NCBI GenBank assembly: GCA_902599405.1
Contig: CACKFO010000002.1
Location: 14,077-78,076 of the forward strand
Length of the DNA: 64,000 nucleotides
From: an uncultured Alphaproteobacteria bacterium
GTDB lineage: Bacteria > Pseudomonadota > Alphaproteobacteria > HIMB59
Direction: 5' to 3'
Shown here: in pieces, positions 1 through 9,979 of the stretch
Numbering within the stretch: the stretch's first letter is position 1
Layout: each line of letters opens with the position of its first letter
Notes under the pieces: model-generated
The model's input: only the letters and a program-made list of their open reading frames with translations
What the model was told of the DNA's origin: nothing
Database searches by the model: none
Made by a program: the position numbers and the translations under genes

Positions 1-1
1 A

Positions 2-427
2 TTATACAATTTCCATTCCCATTGACCTAGCTGATCCAAGTATTATCTTTGATGCTTGATCAACATCATAAGCGTTAAGATCTTCTAATTTTTCTTTTGC
101 TATCTCTTCTACCTGTTTCATTGTAACCTTACCTAATTTTGCTCTACCAGGCGTTTGACAGCCTTTTTTTATTTTTGCAGCTTTTTTCAAATAAAAAGTA
201 ACGGGTGGTTTTTTTGTGACAAAATCAAAGGATCTATCTTTGTATGCTGTAATTATAGTTGGGATAGGTGCACCTTTTTCCAAATCTTTTGTCTTATCAT
301 TAAACTGTTTACAAAAATCTTGAATGTTTAATCCCTTTTGACCCAAAGCAGGGCCAACAGGAGGTGCAGGATTAGCTGAACCAGCTGGAATTTGTAATTT
401 TATGTATCCTAAAACTTCTTTAGCCAT
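2..427 (-). CDS. rplK: 50S ribosomal protein L11
   Basis: [22 protein letters not shown] motif; follows nusG. Confidence 0.99.
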   Translation of the reverse strand: MAKEVLGYIKLQIPAGSANPAPPVGPALGQKGLNIQDFCKQFNDKTKDLEKGAPIPTIITAYKDRSFDFVTKKPPVTFYLKKAAKIKKGCQTPGRAKLGKVTMKQVEEIAKEKLEDLNAYDVDQASKIILGSARSMGMEIV

Positions 428-431
428 GCTA

Positions 432-977
432 TTAGCCCTTAACCACTTGTGAATAATCTAGTTCTAAAGGTGTCGGTCTCCCAAAAATTGAGACAGACAC
501 TTTAAGCTTTTGTCTTGAACTGTCAACCTCTTCTATAATACCACTAAATGAAGCAAATGGACCATCAGACACCTTAATCTGTTCACCAACTTCATACTCA
601 AACTTTGGTTTAGGATTATCAACACCTTCAGTAATGTCTTGTAATAATTTAGATACCTCTCGTTCAGATATGGCAATTGGCTTATCTTTAGTGCCAAGAA
701 AATTTGAAACTTTTGGTATATCTCTAACTAAATGCCAGGTGTCATCGTTCATTATCATCTTGATTAAAACATATCCTGGGAAAAATTTTTTTTCAGAGTT
801 AACTCTTACACCTCTTCTTACCTCAACCACTGCTTGAGTTGGAACAGATACTTCAGATATAGCATCTTCTAAATTAACTTTTTTTGCCTCATCTAAAATT
901 GAGTCTGCAACTTTTTTTTCGAATCCTGAGTGACAGTGTACAACGTACCACTTTAATGTTTCTGTATTTTCTACCAT
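432..977 (-). CDS. nusG: Transcription termination/antitermination factor NusG
   Basis: KWYVVH...FFPGYVL NGN domain; [12 protein letters not shown]; VSIFGRPTP. Confidence 0.99.
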   Translation of the reverse strand: MVENTETLKWYVVHCHSGFEKKVADSILDEAKKVNLEDAISEVSVPTQAVVEVRRGVRVNSEKKFFPGYVLIKMIMNDDTWHLVRDIPKVSNFLGTKDKPIAISEREVSKLLQDITEGVDNPKPKFEYEVGEQIKVSDGPFASFSGIIEEVDSSRQKLKVSVSIFGRPTPLELDYSQVVKG

Positions 978-981
978 TAAA

Positions 982-1167
982 CTATCCTAGAACTATTCTT
1001 ACAATAAAAGAAAAAAATTGATCTAAGAGCATTAAAATAATTGCAGCAATACTAATCACAACCAAAACAATACCTGCTGAAGTAAAAGTTTCACGCTTAG
1101 AGGGCCAGGTAACTTTAGATATCTCCTGTCGAACTTCTCTTAAATATTTAGCAGGATTAAATTTCAT
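982..1167 (-). CDS. secE: Preprotein translocase subunit SecE
   Basis: EVRQEISKVTWPS motif plus one TM helix; start moved to ATG 1167 because the longer ORF runs into tRNA-Trp. Confidence 0.95.
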   Translation of the reverse strand: MKFNPAKYLREVRQEISKVTWPSKRETFTSAGIVLVVISIAAIILMLLDQFFSFIVRIVLG

Positions 1168-1185
1168 ATTATAATTTATATATTT

Positions 1186-1261
1186 TGGCAGGAGTGGCAG
1201 GCATCGAACCCGCAACCTCCGGTTTTGGAGACCGGCGCTCTACCAGTTGAGCTACACTCCT
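1186..1261 (-). tRNA. tRNA-Trp(CCA)
   Basis: Cloverleaf with anticodon loop CT-CCA-AA and encoded CCA end; conserved tuf-trnW-secE order. Confidence 0.97.
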
Positions 1262-1290
1262 TCATATTAGTATTACTGCAGAGAATATTT

Positions 1291-2481
1291 TTATTCGATA
1301 ATCTCTGAGACAACTCCTGAGCCAACAGTTCTACCGCCTTCACGAATAGCAAAACGTAGATTGTTATTCATTGCGATAGGAGCAAGTAACTCAACTTCAA
1401 GTGTAATATTATCTCCAGGCATTACCATTTCAGTACCTTCAGGTAATTTGATTGAACCAGTAACATCAGTGGTTCTAAAATAAAACTGAGGTCTATAATT
1501 TGCAAAGAAAGGAGTGTGTCTTCCACCCTCTTCTTTGCTTAAAGCGTATATCTCTGCTTTAAATTTTTTGTGCGGTTTAATACTACCAGGAGCTGCCAAA
1601 ACTTGGCCTCTTTCAACCTCTTCCTTTTTAGTTCCACGAAGAAGAGCACCAATATTATCTCCAGCTTCACCTGAGTCTAATAGTTTTCTAAACATTTCAA
1701 CTCCAGTACAAACTGTTTTGGTTGTATCTTTTAAACCAATAATTTCGATTTCTTCACCTGGTTTAATAACACCTTGTTCTACTCTTCCAGTAACAACAGT
1801 ACCTCTTCCAGAAATAGAAAATACGTCTTCAACTGGCATCAAGAAAGGTTTATCTAATTCTCTTGTAGGAGCAGGAATATATTCATCAATTTTTGACATT
1901 AATTCAATGATTGAATTTTTACCAATATTTTCATCTCTGTCTTCTACAGCTGCAAGAGCTGATCCTTTAACGATTGGAATATCATCACCAGGGAAATCAT
2001 ATTTTGATAGTAGTTCTCTTATTTCAACTTCTACAAGTTCTAATAATTCTTGATCATCTACTTGATCAACTTTATTTAGGTAAACAACTAGTGCCGGTAC
2101 ACCAACCTGTCTAGCTAAAAGAATGTGTTCACGTGTTTGAGGCATTGGACCATCAGCTGCGTTAACAACTAAAATACCTCCGTCCATCTGAGCAGCACCT
2201 GTAATCATATTTTTTACATAGTCTGCGTGACCTGGGCAGTCGACGTGAGCATAGTGTCTTTTATCAGTTGAATATTCGACGTGCGCTGTTGAAATTGTTA
2301 TACCTCTCTCTTTTTCTTCGGGTGCTTTATCAATTTCATCATACGCTGTAAACTCTGCACCACCTTTTTCTGCTAAAACTTTTGTTATTGCTGCAGTAAG
2401 TGTAGTTTTACCATGGTCTACGTGACCGATAGTTCCGATGTTGACGTGTTCTTTCGATCTGTCAAATTTTTCTTTAGTCAT
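1291..2481 (-). CDS. tuf: Elongation factor Tu
   Basis: [17 protein letters not shown] and NKVD motifs; GAGGT Shine-Dalgarno-like sequence upstream. Confidence 0.99.
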   Translation of the reverse strand: MTKEKFDRSKEHVNIGTIGHVDHGKTTLTAAITKVLAEKGGAEFTAYDEIDKAPEEKERGITISTAHVEYSTDKRHYAHVDCPGHADYVKNMITGAAQMDGGILVVNAADGPMPQTREHILLARQVGVPALVVYLNKVDQVDDQELLELVEVEIRELLSKYDFPGDDIPIVKGSALAAVEDRDENIGKNSIIELMSKIDEYIPAPTRELDKPFLMPVEDVFSISGRGTVVTGRVEQGVIKPGEEIEIIGLKDTTKTVCTGVEMFRKLLDSGEAGDNIGALLRGTKKEEVERGQVLAAPGSIKPHKKFKAEIYALSKEEGGRHTPFFANYRPQFYFRTTDVTGSIKLPEGTEMVMPGDNITLEVELLAPIAMNNNLRFAIREGGRTVGSGVVSEIIE

Positions 2482-2532
2482 TTTAAGTTGTTACCTCTTT
2501 TTAATATCTATTACTTAATTTTTAAATGTACT

Positions 2533-2606
2533 TGGAGCGGGTGAAGGGAATCGAACCCTCGTAGCCAGCTTGGAAGGCTGGAGCTTTACCATTAAGCTAC
2601 ACCCGC
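2533..2606 (-). tRNA. tRNA-Gly(TCC)
   Basis: GCGGGTG...loop CT-TCC-AA...CACCCGCTCCA, 74 nt. Confidence 0.97.
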
Positions 2607-2710
2607 GATTTAGCGGGTAACCACTACAAAACATCCACAAAATCAAATCCTTGTGAGTTCCGATAAACTACTAATTTTTCTTTAAAATTCAATAAGAAAA
2701 GTGAAAAAAG

Positions 2711-2796
2711 TGGTGGAGGGAGTAGGATTCGAACCTACGTACACTTGCGTGAACAGATTTACAGTCTGCCGCCTTTAACCACTCGGCCATCCCTCC
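2711..2796 (-). tRNA. tRNA-Tyr(GTA)
   Basis: Anticodon loop CT-GTA-AA, long variable arm, CCA end. Confidence 0.97.
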
Positions 2797-2882
2797 AAGG
2801 TGTTTAAAATCAGGTGTTGATTAATAGATAATTGTCTTTGAAAGTCAATAGACTTCCTTAATTTTTACTGTTATTTAAAACT

Positions 2883-3605
2883 ATGCTTATTTCAGGGGCT
2901 AATTCTTGCATTAGTTGTATAATTCATAATCCTGATAAAATTATTGAAATTTTTATAAATATTGAGAGACAATCAGCTTTTGAAGAGTTGATAGAGCAAA
3001 ATAAACTTAATAATAAGACTAAGTTACTAAAGAAAAACGATTTTAATAAACTTGGTATTAAAAATGATAGATTTATCAGTGATATAGTTATACGAAGAGA
3101 AAAGTATAAACCCTCCAATTTAGAGGAAATTATTATAAACACCGAAAAATCTCTAATTATTATTGCCGATCAGATTACAGACCAAAATAACCTTGGAAAC
3201 ATTATAAGAACGGCTCTTTTGATGGGAGCTGATGGTTTATTACTATCAGAGCATTCTTCTGCAGATATTAACGATGTAACTTCAATAACCTCGTCTGGAG
3301 CCGTTGAATTGTTGAAATATCACATTTCTAAAAATATTAACAGAACAATAGAAGTTCTAAAAAAATCTGGCTATTGGACTTATTCCCTGGATATGAGTGG
3401 TGAAGAAATGAATAGAGAATTTAATTTTGATAAAAAATCTGTCATCATTATAGGAAATGAAGGAAAGGGGATTAGAAGAAATATTTTAGCAAAGAGTGAC
3501 TTTAAAATAAGCATCCCTCAAATAAATGTAGATGGCATTGATAGTTATAATGCAGCAAATTCTCTAGCAATTGCTACATATCATTTCAAAATTAGTACTT
3601 TTTAA
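2883..3605 (+). CDS. rlmB: 23S rRNA 2'-O-methyltransferase RlmB (TrmH/SpoU family)
   Basis: DQITDQNNLGNIIRTA, IIGNEGKGI and SYNAANS SPOUT motifs; lies between trnY and trnT. Confidence 0.9.
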   Translation: MLISGANSCISCIIHNPDKIIEIFINIERQSAFEELIEQNKLNNKTKLLKKNDFNKLGIKNDRFISDIVIRREKYKPSNLEEIIINTEKSLIIIADQITDQNNLGNIIRTALLMGADGLLLSEHSSADINDVTSITSSGAVELLKYHISKNINRTIEVLKKSGYWTYSLDMSGEEMNREFNFDKKSVIIIGNEGKGIRRNILAKSDFKISIPQINVDGIDSYNAANSLAIATYHFKISTF

Positions 3606-3645
3606 ATATTGTTTATTTTAGATTTTAATATAAATAATAATTAAT

Positions 3646-3721
<76 letters not shown>

Positions 3722-3796
3722 TCAATTTTAATTAAAAAATCAAACATTAAACACATACAATTGATTAATTTTGATACTTACATTAAGCTTAAATAC

Positions 3797-4333
3797 ATGG
3801 TTTCGGATATTGATCAATTTGGGAGAGATACCTCAAAAAATAATACACAAAGTTTAAATGAAGAAAAATCAAAGAAAATTTTAGACTCATTAGCTGAAAT
3901 TAAAAATCAATTAGAAAATAAAGACTATAATCCAAATTTTGATGAACCATCACCTAAAATTAAAATAAGTAACTTAAAAAATAAATCTGATTTTGATGAG
4001 CTAAAATCAAAAATTGAGTCTTTAGAAAAAAAACTTAATACTATTGATACATTTCTAAAAAATAAATCAAATTACGAAAAATTTCATGAACCGATTAATA
4101 AGAAACTTGACGGGGATTTAAGTATTTTTCATAAATTAGATAATCAATCGTCAATACAACAGAACAAATCATTGCTAGTTCTTGAAGATGAAGGAGATTT
4201 AAATAGATCAAATTTTAATTTATTTCGTTTTATAATGACAATTAATTTTCTAATAATAGTTCTTATAGCTTTAATTGTTTATATAAAAGACATACCGATC
4301 AAAGATATTATAAGTATTTTTTTAATTAGTTGA
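3797..4333 (+). CDS. Hypothetical protein with coiled-coil-like segments and a C-terminal TM anchor
   Basis: ORF filling the gap (TTG 3761 or ATG 3797); hydrophobic FLIIVLIALIVYI near the C-terminus. Confidence 0.7.
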   Translation: MVSDIDQFGRDTSKNNTQSLNEEKSKKILDSLAEIKNQLENKDYNPNFDEPSPKIKISNLKNKSDFDELKSKIESLEKKLNTIDTFLKNKSNYEKFHEPINKKLDGDLSIFHKLDNQSSIQQNKSLLVLEDEGDLNRSNFNLFRFIMTINFLIIVLIALIVYIKDIPIKDIISIFLIS

Positions 4334-7088
4334 CTGAAGGTTGAATTTTTTCAACACTTGCTGCACTAAACTTAAATTCAGGAATTTTACCAATCGGATC
4401 TAACTGCGGGTTTGTAAGTACGTTTGCAGCAGCCTCAGCAAAACAAAATGGCATGAAAACCATACCCTCAGGAATTTCTCTGTCACTTCTGACCTTAATA
4501 GCTAGCGATCCTCTTTTTGTCTTAACTAAAACTTGATCTCCTGGATTAATTGTCATTCTTTTCATGTCCCATCTATTCATACTTACTATAGCTTCAGGTT
4601 CTATATGATCTAAAACATTTGCTCTTCTTGTCATAGAACCAGTATGCCAATGCTCTAATAATCTTCCTGTTGTTAATATCATCGGGTAGTCGTCATCTGG
4701 TAGTTCTGCTGGTGGTATTAGTTTAGCAGGTACTATTTTTCCCCTTCCATTTGCAGTTGGAAAATTTTCATTGAATATAATCTCATTTCCGGGTTTGTTT
4801 GGATCATCACAAGGATATGTAACAGAATTTTCATTTTCTAGTCGTTCATAAGTAATATTTTTTAATGAAGGCATTACTTGAGCCATTTCATTAAAAATAT
4901 CTCTTGGATGTAAATAGCTCCAATCTAATCCTATACCTTGAGCTATAGCTTGAGTAATCCACCAATCTTGTCTGGCTGAACCAGGAGGTGTTACTGCTTG
5001 GCGACCTAATTGGACTTGTCTGTTAGTATTTGTATAAGTTCCAGTTTTTTCAGCATGGGCTGATGAAGGTAAGATTACATCTGCATGCCAGGCAGTTTCA
5101 GTCATGAAAATGTCTTGAACAACTAAATGTTCTAATTTAGCTAATGCTGCTCTAGCATGATTTTGATCAGGATCTGACATTGCAGGGTTTTCGCCCATAA
5201 TATACATACCTTTAATTTCATCTTCTAAAATTTTGTTAATAACTTCAACGACAGTTAAACCTTTTTTATCATCAAGACCTGTCTTCCAAAAATTTTCATA
5301 TTTTTGATGGATACTCCCATCTTCAACTGACTGGTAATCAGGAAAGACCATTGGAATTAATCCGGCATCAGATGCACCTTGAACATTATTTTGTCCTCTC
5401 AGAGGGTGTAAACCTGTGCCTTCTCTTCCAATCTGTCCTGTGGTTAAAGCCAAAGCTATTAGACATCTAGCATTGTCTGTTCCATGCACATGTTGAGATA
5501 CTCCCATGCCCCAAAAGATAATGGATCTCTCTGATTTAGCATAAAGTCTGGCAACTTCTCGTAACTCTTGAGCTTTGATGCCACAAATAGCTTCCATTTT
5601 TTCAGGTGAAAAATCTTTTATCTCTTCTTGTAATTTTTCAAAGCCCTCTGTTTGTCCTTGTATATATTGTTCATCATAAAGTTTCTCTTCAACAATAGTA
5701 AATAAAAGAGCGTTGAGCATTGCAACATCAGTGCCCGCTTTAAATTGCAAGTTATATGTGGCATGTTTTGTTAAGCCTTGTTTTCTTGGATCCATAACAA
5801 CTAACTTGGATCCTCTTTTTGCTGCACGTTTTAAATATGTTGCTGCAACCGGATGATTTTCAGTAGGCCTTGCACCAATAACAATGACACAGTCAGCATC
5901 AGATGCTGACATAAAAGGAGCTGATACAGCTCCAGAGTTTACACATTCCATCAGCGCTGCAACAGAAGATGCGTGACAAAGTCTGGTACAGTGATCTACA
6001 TTATTTGATCCAAAACCAACTCTTACTAATTTTTGAAATAAGTAAGCTTCCTCATTAGAGCACTTTGCTGAACCAAAACCAGCCAAACTTTTTGGTCCAA
6101 GATCTTCTTTTAAATTTAAAAGACCAGATGAAGCTCTTTCGATTGCGTCTTCCCAAGTAGTCTCTTCAAAATAATCATAGATATCAGCATCTTTAATTTC
6201 AAGATTTGGGTCTTTTTTAACACCAGCTTTTCTCACTAAAGGTTTAGTGAGTCTTCCATCATGATTGATATAGTCAAAACCAAATCTACCTTTTACGCAT
6301 AATCTATTTTCATTGGCAGGTCCGTTTTTACCATCAACGTACAATATTTTATCGTCTTTTACGTGTACTTCAGTTTGACATCCTACACCACAATAAGGAC
6401 AAACACTCTCTACTACTTTATCTGAATAAGAGTCTCTTTTCCCCTCATTATCAACTAAGGAGGACTCCATTAATGCTCCTGTTGGACAAGCTTGAACACA
6501 TTCTCCACAAGCAACACAAGTACTATTACCCATTGGGTCATCTAAATCAAATATTACCTTTGCTGTTGACCCTCTGTATGCCATTCCGATTACGTCGTTT
6601 ACTTGTACTTCACGGCAAGCTCTAACACATAAATTACAATTTATACATGCATCTAAATTAACACTCATCGCTTTATGAGATCTGTCTAACTCTATTTTAT
6701 CTTTACTAGGAAAACGACTATCACTAACACCTAATTTTTCAGACCAATTCCAAAACTTTGACTCAGGGTCAGGAGAATTATTTTTTTCTGGTTGATCAGA
6801 CACAAGAAGTTCAAAAACCATAGATCGTGATTTTTCTGCTCTTGAAGAGTTAACTGTAACCTCCATGCCTTCAGTAGGTTTTCGAATACATGACGCTGCA
6901 AGAGTTCTCTCTCCTTTAATTTCAACCATACATGCTCTACAATTTCCGTCTGCTCGATAACCTGGCTCAGGTGAGTAACAGAGATGAGGGATATCTATGT
7001 TATTTTTTTTTGCGACGTCCCAAATCGACTCGTCATTATTAGCTACATATTCGTTGCCATCAATTTTAAATTTAATATTTTCTGACAT
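4326..7088 (-). CDS. fdhF: NAD-dependent formate dehydrogenase alpha subunit (Cys-ligated bis-MGD; Fdh1A/FdsA-like)
   Basis: N-terminal 2Fe-2S Cys motif, two 4Fe-4S motifs, CPYCGVGC, HCTRLCH active site, RGQNNVQG. Confidence 0.96.
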   Translation of the reverse strand: MSENIKFKIDGNEYVANNDESIWDVAKKNNIDIPHLCYSPEPGYRADGNCRACMVEIKGERTLAASCIRKPTEGMEVTVNSSRAEKSRSMVFELLVSDQPEKNNSPDPESKFWNWSEKLGVSDSRFPSKDKIELDRSHKAMSVNLDACINCNLCVRACREVQVNDVIGMAYRGSTAKVIFDLDDPMGNSTCVACGECVQACPTGALMESSLVDNEGKRDSYSDKVVESVCPYCGVGCQTEVHVKDDKILYVDGKNGPANENRLCVKGRFGFDYINHDGRLTKPLVRKAGVKKDPNLEIKDADIYDYFEETTWEDAIERASSGLLNLKEDLGPKSLAGFGSAKCSNEEAYLFQKLVRVGFGSNNVDHCTRLCHASSVAALMECVNSGAVSAPFMSASDADCVIVIGARPTENHPVAATYLKRAAKRGSKLVVMDPRKQGLTKHATYNLQFKAGTDVAMLNALLFTIVEEKLYDEQYIQGQTEGFEKLQEEIKDFSPEKMEAICGIKAQELREVARLYAKSERSIIFWGMGVSQHVHGTDNARCLIALALTTGQIGREGTGLHPLRGQNNVQGASDAGLIPMVFPDYQSVEDGSIHQKYENFWKTGLDDKKGLTVVEVINKILEDEIKGMYIMGENPAMSDPDQNHARAALAKLEHLVVQDIFMTETAWHADVILPSSAHAEKTGTYTNTNRQVQLGRQAVTPPGSARQDWWITQAIAQGIGLDWSYLHPRDIFNEMAQVMPSLKNITYERLENENSVTYPCDDPNKPGNEIIFNENFPTANGRGKIVPAKLIPPAELPDDDYPMILTTGRLLEHWHTGSMTRRANVLDHIEPEAIVSMNRWDMKRMTINPGDQVLVKTKRGSLAIKVRSDREIPEGMVFMPFCFAEAAANVLTNPQLDPIGKIPEFKFSAASVEKIQPSVN

Positions 7089-8785
7089 TAGTTGGTTACC
7101 TCCTCTGGGAAGTGTTTAATAACAGAAAGCATTGGATTTGGAGCAGCTTGTCCTAAACCACATATAGAGGCGTCCATCATTGCTGATGATAATTCTTTTA
7201 AAAGGTCTACATCCCAAGATGATTGGTTCATAAGTTTAAGAGCTTTTTCAGTTCCGTTTCTGCATGGAGTACATTGACCACAACTTTCATCATGGAAAAA
7301 GAACATTAAATTTTTGGCAATATCTTTCATGTTATCTTTGTCAGATAAAACGACTACAGCAGCTGAACCTATAAAACATCCATGCTCTTGTAACGTGTCA
7401 AAATCAAGTGGAATATTATCTAATTTTGCAGGAAGTATTCCTCCAGAGGCTCCTCCAGGCAAGTATGCTTTAAATGTATGACCCTCTTGAATACCACCAC
7501 AATACTCATCAATAAGTTGTCTTATTGTGATCCCTGCTGGAGCTAACTTAACACCAGGGCTTTTTACTCTTCCCGACACAGAGAATGTTCTTAGACCTTT
7601 CCTGCCATTGAGACCATGACTACTAAACCAGACAGCACCTTTTTCCAAAATCTCTCTTACCCAAAAAACTGTTTCAACATTGTGTATTAATGTTGGTCTA
7701 CCAAAAAGTCCTACTTGAGATGGAAATGGAGGTTTATGTCTAGGTAAGCCTCTTTTACCCTCTAAACTTTCTAACATTGATGACTCTTCACCACAAATGT
7801 AGGCGCCAGCACCTCTTCTAAAATGAATTCTTGTTTTAATATTTAAATTTTTTTCTTCTAAAATTTTAATTTCTTTCTTTAAAAACTTTATTACATCAGG
7901 GTACTCATCTCGCATGTATATATATACATCTGTTGCCTCAACAACCCATGCAGCTATTAACATTCCCTCAAGGAATCTATGAGGATCTCTTGTAAGATAA
8001 TGATGGTCTTTAAAAGTTCCTGGTTCACCCTCATCTCCATTAATTGCCATTAATCTGGGTTTATTTTCTGCTCTGACAAATCTCCATTTTCTACCAGTTG
8101 GAAATCCTGCACCACCAAGACCTCTTAAACCTGATTGCTCCATTTCTTCTATTAGCTTCATTGGGTTTTTTTTATTTTCAATACAATCATTTAGAATTTT
8201 ATATCCACCATTTTTTACATAATCGTCATAGCTAATGTAATTTGGTATAACTGGTTTTGTATCTTGCTCCTCTAAGGCTTTTTGAACTACACTTACATCT
8301 GCGTTTACAAAATGTTTTTTTCCTACCTCAACTACTGGTGCTTGATGACACCTTCCCATGCAAGGTGCTCTAACTACTCTCACATTAGAGGATACGCTAT
8401 CACTTAAATTTTTTTCTAAAGTTTTGCATCCGTTCATCTCACATGTAATACCATCACAAACTCTAATTGTTGTTTCAGGTGGGCTGATATCATCCTCTTT
8501 ATAAATATCAAAGTGAGCATAGAATGATGCAGTCTCGTAAATTTCAGTTAAAGGTAAATTTGTTAATTCGGACAGTGCTGTTAAATGTTTTGGTTTAAGA
8601 CATTTATAATGGTCTTGAATTAAGTGAAGGCTTTCAATAAGCATATCCCTTTGTCTAAAATATTCATTAGGTATAAGGTTTTTAAGATCATCAATTGACT
8701 GGTCATCACTTTGGCGACCCTTGTTGAATTCTAATGCTTTTCTTCTACCAGAACCTGGATGAATCTTACTTTGTGAGTCTTTCAT
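7088..8785 (-). CDS. Formate dehydrogenase beta subunit (NuoE+NuoF-like fusion)
   Basis: CDGITC/PCMGRC 2Fe-2S region, GLRGLGGAGFPTG, DEGEPGTFKD, GAGAYICGEES, ESCGQCTPCR. Confidence 0.93.
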   Translation of the reverse strand: MKDSQSKIHPGSGRRKALEFNKGRQSDDQSIDDLKNLIPNEYFRQRDMLIESLHLIQDHYKCLKPKHLTALSELTNLPLTEIYETASFYAHFDIYKEDDISPPETTIRVCDGITCEMNGCKTLEKNLSDSVSSNVRVVRAPCMGRCHQAPVVEVGKKHFVNADVSVVQKALEEQDTKPVIPNYISYDDYVKNGGYKILNDCIENKKNPMKLIEEMEQSGLRGLGGAGFPTGRKWRFVRAENKPRLMAINGDEGEPGTFKDHHYLTRDPHRFLEGMLIAAWVVEATDVYIYMRDEYPDVIKFLKKEIKILEEKNLNIKTRIHFRRGAGAYICGEESSMLESLEGKRGLPRHKPPFPSQVGLFGRPTLIHNVETVFWVREILEKGAVWFSSHGLNGRKGLRTFSVSGRVKSPGVKLAPAGITIRQLIDEYCGGIQEGHTFKAYLPGGASGGILPAKLDNIPLDFDTLQEHGCFIGSAAVVVLSDKDNMKDIAKNLMFFFHDESCGQCTPCRNGTEKALKLMNQSSWDVDLLKELSSAMMDASICGLGQAAPNPMLSVIKHFPEEVTN

Positions 8786-8806
8786 ATGATTTAATTTAAT
8801 AATTTT

Positions 8807-8859
8807 TAATTAAGTTTCAATTATCAAAAAGTAATTAATTGATAAGTATTACTTATTAA
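8807..8859. promoter_or_regulatory. Putative tandem LysR boxes of the fdh promoter
   Basis: TTGATAAG-N5-CTTATTAA (8839-8859, T-N11-A core) and a weaker copy TAATTAAG-N5-ATTATCAA (8807-8827); minus strand reads TTGAAA-N16-TAAATT-N7-ATG. Confidence 0.6.
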
Positions 8860-9730
8860 AGCTTTTTAAGAATTTTAAAAAGTTATTTTTAATAGGTGAT
8901 GGGCGATTATCATCAATATGAACTATACCTACCTTATGAGATATTTCAGGAGAAATTAATTGAATAAAATTTGTATTCTCATCGTAGTTAAATGACTGAG
9001 TAAATATATATGGCATAATTGTTGAAAATTCCGAACTATTTACATGAGAGTAAATATGAGTCATAGAGTTTGACTCAATTAATACCCGCGGATTAATATT
9101 ATTTTCTTTAAAAACAGCATCTAATATTCTTCTAAATTGATTTTCTTTAGAAATTAAACATAGATCTAAATTACCAATTTCTTGCCATTTTAATTTCTTT
9201 TTGTTTTTTAAATTCTTTTTTTTAGATATGAGAAAATATGTTTCTTTATATAAAGGAATCTTTTCAACTCCTAATATTGGTTCATTTTCTAAATAACTTA
9301 TCCCTAAATCTAATTTGAAATCATGAAGATTTTTATCAATTTCATTAGAGGACATAGAAATTACTTGCAATTTGACATTTGTAAATTTTTTAACAAAACT
9401 ATTTAATAAAAAAGAAACTTCCAATAAAGCGGTAGGAATAACACCTATTCTTAAATTTCCAGTTAAATTGTTTTTTAACTCGGAGCTTAACTGTTTTATA
9501 TTAGTGTACTCTTTTACAATATTTTTAAATCGTTCCTTTAAAATTTCCCCCTCAGAAGTTAATCCAATATAGTTCTTTCCTCTTTTTACTAATCTAACCC
9601 CTATTTCATTTTCTAGAGCTTTTAGCTTCATAGATAAAGCAGGTTGTGATATTTTTAATTTTTCTGCTGCTCTATTGAAATGTTTTTCACTATCTAGAGC
9701 TAAAATAATTTCTAAATTCTTTATTTCCAT
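8849..9730 (-). CDS. LysR-family regulator (FdsR-like)
   Basis: HTH HFNRAAEKLKISQPALS; GVIPTAL; directly upstream of the fdh genes. Confidence 0.93.
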   Translation of the reverse strand: MEIKNLEIILALDSEKHFNRAAEKLKISQPALSMKLKALENEIGVRLVKRGKNYIGLTSEGEILKERFKNIVKEYTNIKQLSSELKNNLTGNLRIGVIPTALLEVSFLLNSFVKKFTNVKLQVISMSSNEIDKNLHDFKLDLGISYLENEPILGVEKIPLYKETYFLISKKKNLKNKKKLKWQEIGNLDLCLISKENQFRRILDAVFKENNINPRVLIESNSMTHIYSHVNSSEFSTIMPYIFTQSFNYDENTNFIQLISPEISHKVGIVHIDDNRPSPIKNNFLKFLKSFNK

Positions 9731-9757
9731 GTATTTTTAAAATAAATATATATGTAA

Positions 9758-9979
9758 ATGGATTATTATCTAGATACTAAAGGCTTTGAATGCCCTATAC
9801 CTGTCTTAAAAGCTGAAAAATTTATAAAAAAGTTAAAAAAAAATGATGTTCTTACAATAGAAAGTGATGACCCGTTATCGCAATTTGACTTTAAAAATTT
9901 TTGTGAAGAAAAAAAATATGAGATCATTTCACTAAAAAAAAATGGGAATTTAGTAAATATCAAATTTAAAATTCAATAA
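9758..9979 (+). CDS. tusA: TusA-family sulfurtransferase
   Basis: LDTKGFECPIP motif, 73 aa. Confidence 0.9.
   Translation: MDYYLDTKGFECPIPVLKAEKFIKKLKKNDVLTIESDDPLSQFDFKNFCEEKKYEIISLKKNGNLVNIKFKIQ

Noticed and set aside
1168-1215. N-terminal extension of SecE in the ORF track
   Set aside because: Overlaps tRNA-Trp; SecE similarity starts at ATG 1167.
1514-2053. 179-aa ORF antisense to tuf, and similar short antisense ORFs in rpoD, carB, fabI, moeA and the M23 gene
   Set aside because: Shadow frames of conserved genes, S/I/L/F-rich with no motifs.
4326-7088. Selenocysteine FDH
   Set aside because: Active site is Cys (RLCH) and there is no in-frame TGA.
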